From Felis catus (taxonomy: Eukaryota): a stretch of 64,000 bases of DNA. The position numbers were made by a program, and so were the translations under genes. The DNA lies in contig NC_058368.1 of assembly GCF_018350175.1 (NCBI RefSeq), positions 24,430,001-24,494,000 of the forward strand. The letters are read 5' to 3'. Numbering within the stretch: the stretch's first letter is position 1; every line of letters begins with the position of its first letter. Positions 63,079 to 64,000 of the stretch are shown one piece after another. The notes under the pieces are model-generated. The model saw nothing but the letters and a program-made list of their open reading frames with translations. It did no database searches and had not been told where the DNA came from.

Positions 63079-63585
63079 AAGTCACAAGGTATAAACACTG
63101 GGCATCTGCCATGCCCTAGCCTACATTGCTAGCCACCCAAACAGACCTCCAGGTCTACTTGGTTAGTGAGAATTTACCTAGGCACTGTGCTCCCTATCAT
63201 CCTGGGTCTGTGTTCCAGTTTCTACATCAAGAGGGAAGAAATTTATTACAAACTCTGCATACAGCTCAGACTCTTTCAATGCCTATATAAAAACAGTTGC
63301 CTAGATCAGCATCGTTCAAATTAAAACAGATCTGAAAAACAGGAAAAAAAGTTTTCCTTTCTTATTTTTTTAAGTTCACTACCCATATGATTAATTATCG
63401 ACTTACTTATCAACATATACTAAGTACATGGTTTCTGGAGAAACAAAAACCACACAGACTTACTTTTATTTTTAGTGAGTTTATCATTTGAAAAGTGAGA
63501 TGAGGCAAACCTAGAATAGACTAGAAGGTAAGATGTTCTAATTGAGCTAAAAAAGGAAAAGATACATGTAAAGAGCTAAAATCCA

Positions 63586-63790
63586 GGGATGCCTGGGTAG
63601 CTCAGTCGGTTAGGTGTCTGACTTCAGCTCTTCGTAGCTTGTGAGTTTGAGCCCTGCGTGGGGCTCTGTGCTGACAGCTCAGAGACTGGAACCTGCTTCC
63701 GATTCTGTGTCTCTCTCTCTCTCTGCCCCTCCCCTGCTCACACTCTGTCTCTGTCTCTCCCAAAAATAAAATTTTTTTAATAAATAAAAT
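63586..63790 (+). mobile_element. CAN-SINE
   Basis: TSD aaagagctaaaatccag. Confidence 0.92.
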
Positions 63791-63909
63791 AAAGAGCTAA
63801 AATCCAGTTGGGTAAATCACATCACCATCCGTTGAGCACATCCATCACACACACAACACATCGTATCTGGAGTTTCGTATCTGGTACCTCGTTTAAACCA
63901 TCCCAAAGA

Positions 63910-64000
63910 GGGGCACCGGGGTGGCTCAGTCAGTTGAGCATCTGACTCCTGGTTTGGTTCACGTCATGATCTCACACTTTGTGAGTTCAAGTCTGCCATC
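63910..64000 (+). mobile_element. CAN-SINE (cut by the window edge)
   Basis: head ggggcaccggggtggctcagtcagttgagc. Confidence 0.88.

Overview
This is mammalian genomic DNA from a cat-family animal, judged from felid-type CAN-SINEs (SINEC_Fc) and a felid-type L1 3' end. The window lies inside LRCH1, which is transcribed on the minus strand. Nine coding exons (numbered 2-10 by analogy to human; 145, 127, 106, 137, 128, 64, 106, 128 and 68 nt) splice into one open frame encoding the leucine-rich repeats and the start of the acidic linker. Exon 1 and the CH-domain exons lie outside the window, and the exon 9 donor is GC rather than GT. The introns hold about 38 CAN-SINEs, several L1 fragments, MaLR LTRs, DNA-transposon fossils and microsatellites. 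The most unusual object is in intron 2 (46670-47903): a single TSD-flanked retroinsertion in which about 205 nt of 7SK snRNA is fused in inverted orientation to a 5'-truncated felid L1. The 7SK part is sense within the LRCH1 pre-mRNA, and its HEXIM-binding 5' hairpin looks much better preserved than the rest of the copy. No prokaryotic systems (CRISPR, operons) are present. Gene and repeat identities come from recalled sequences, not database searches, and repeat boundaries are approximate.
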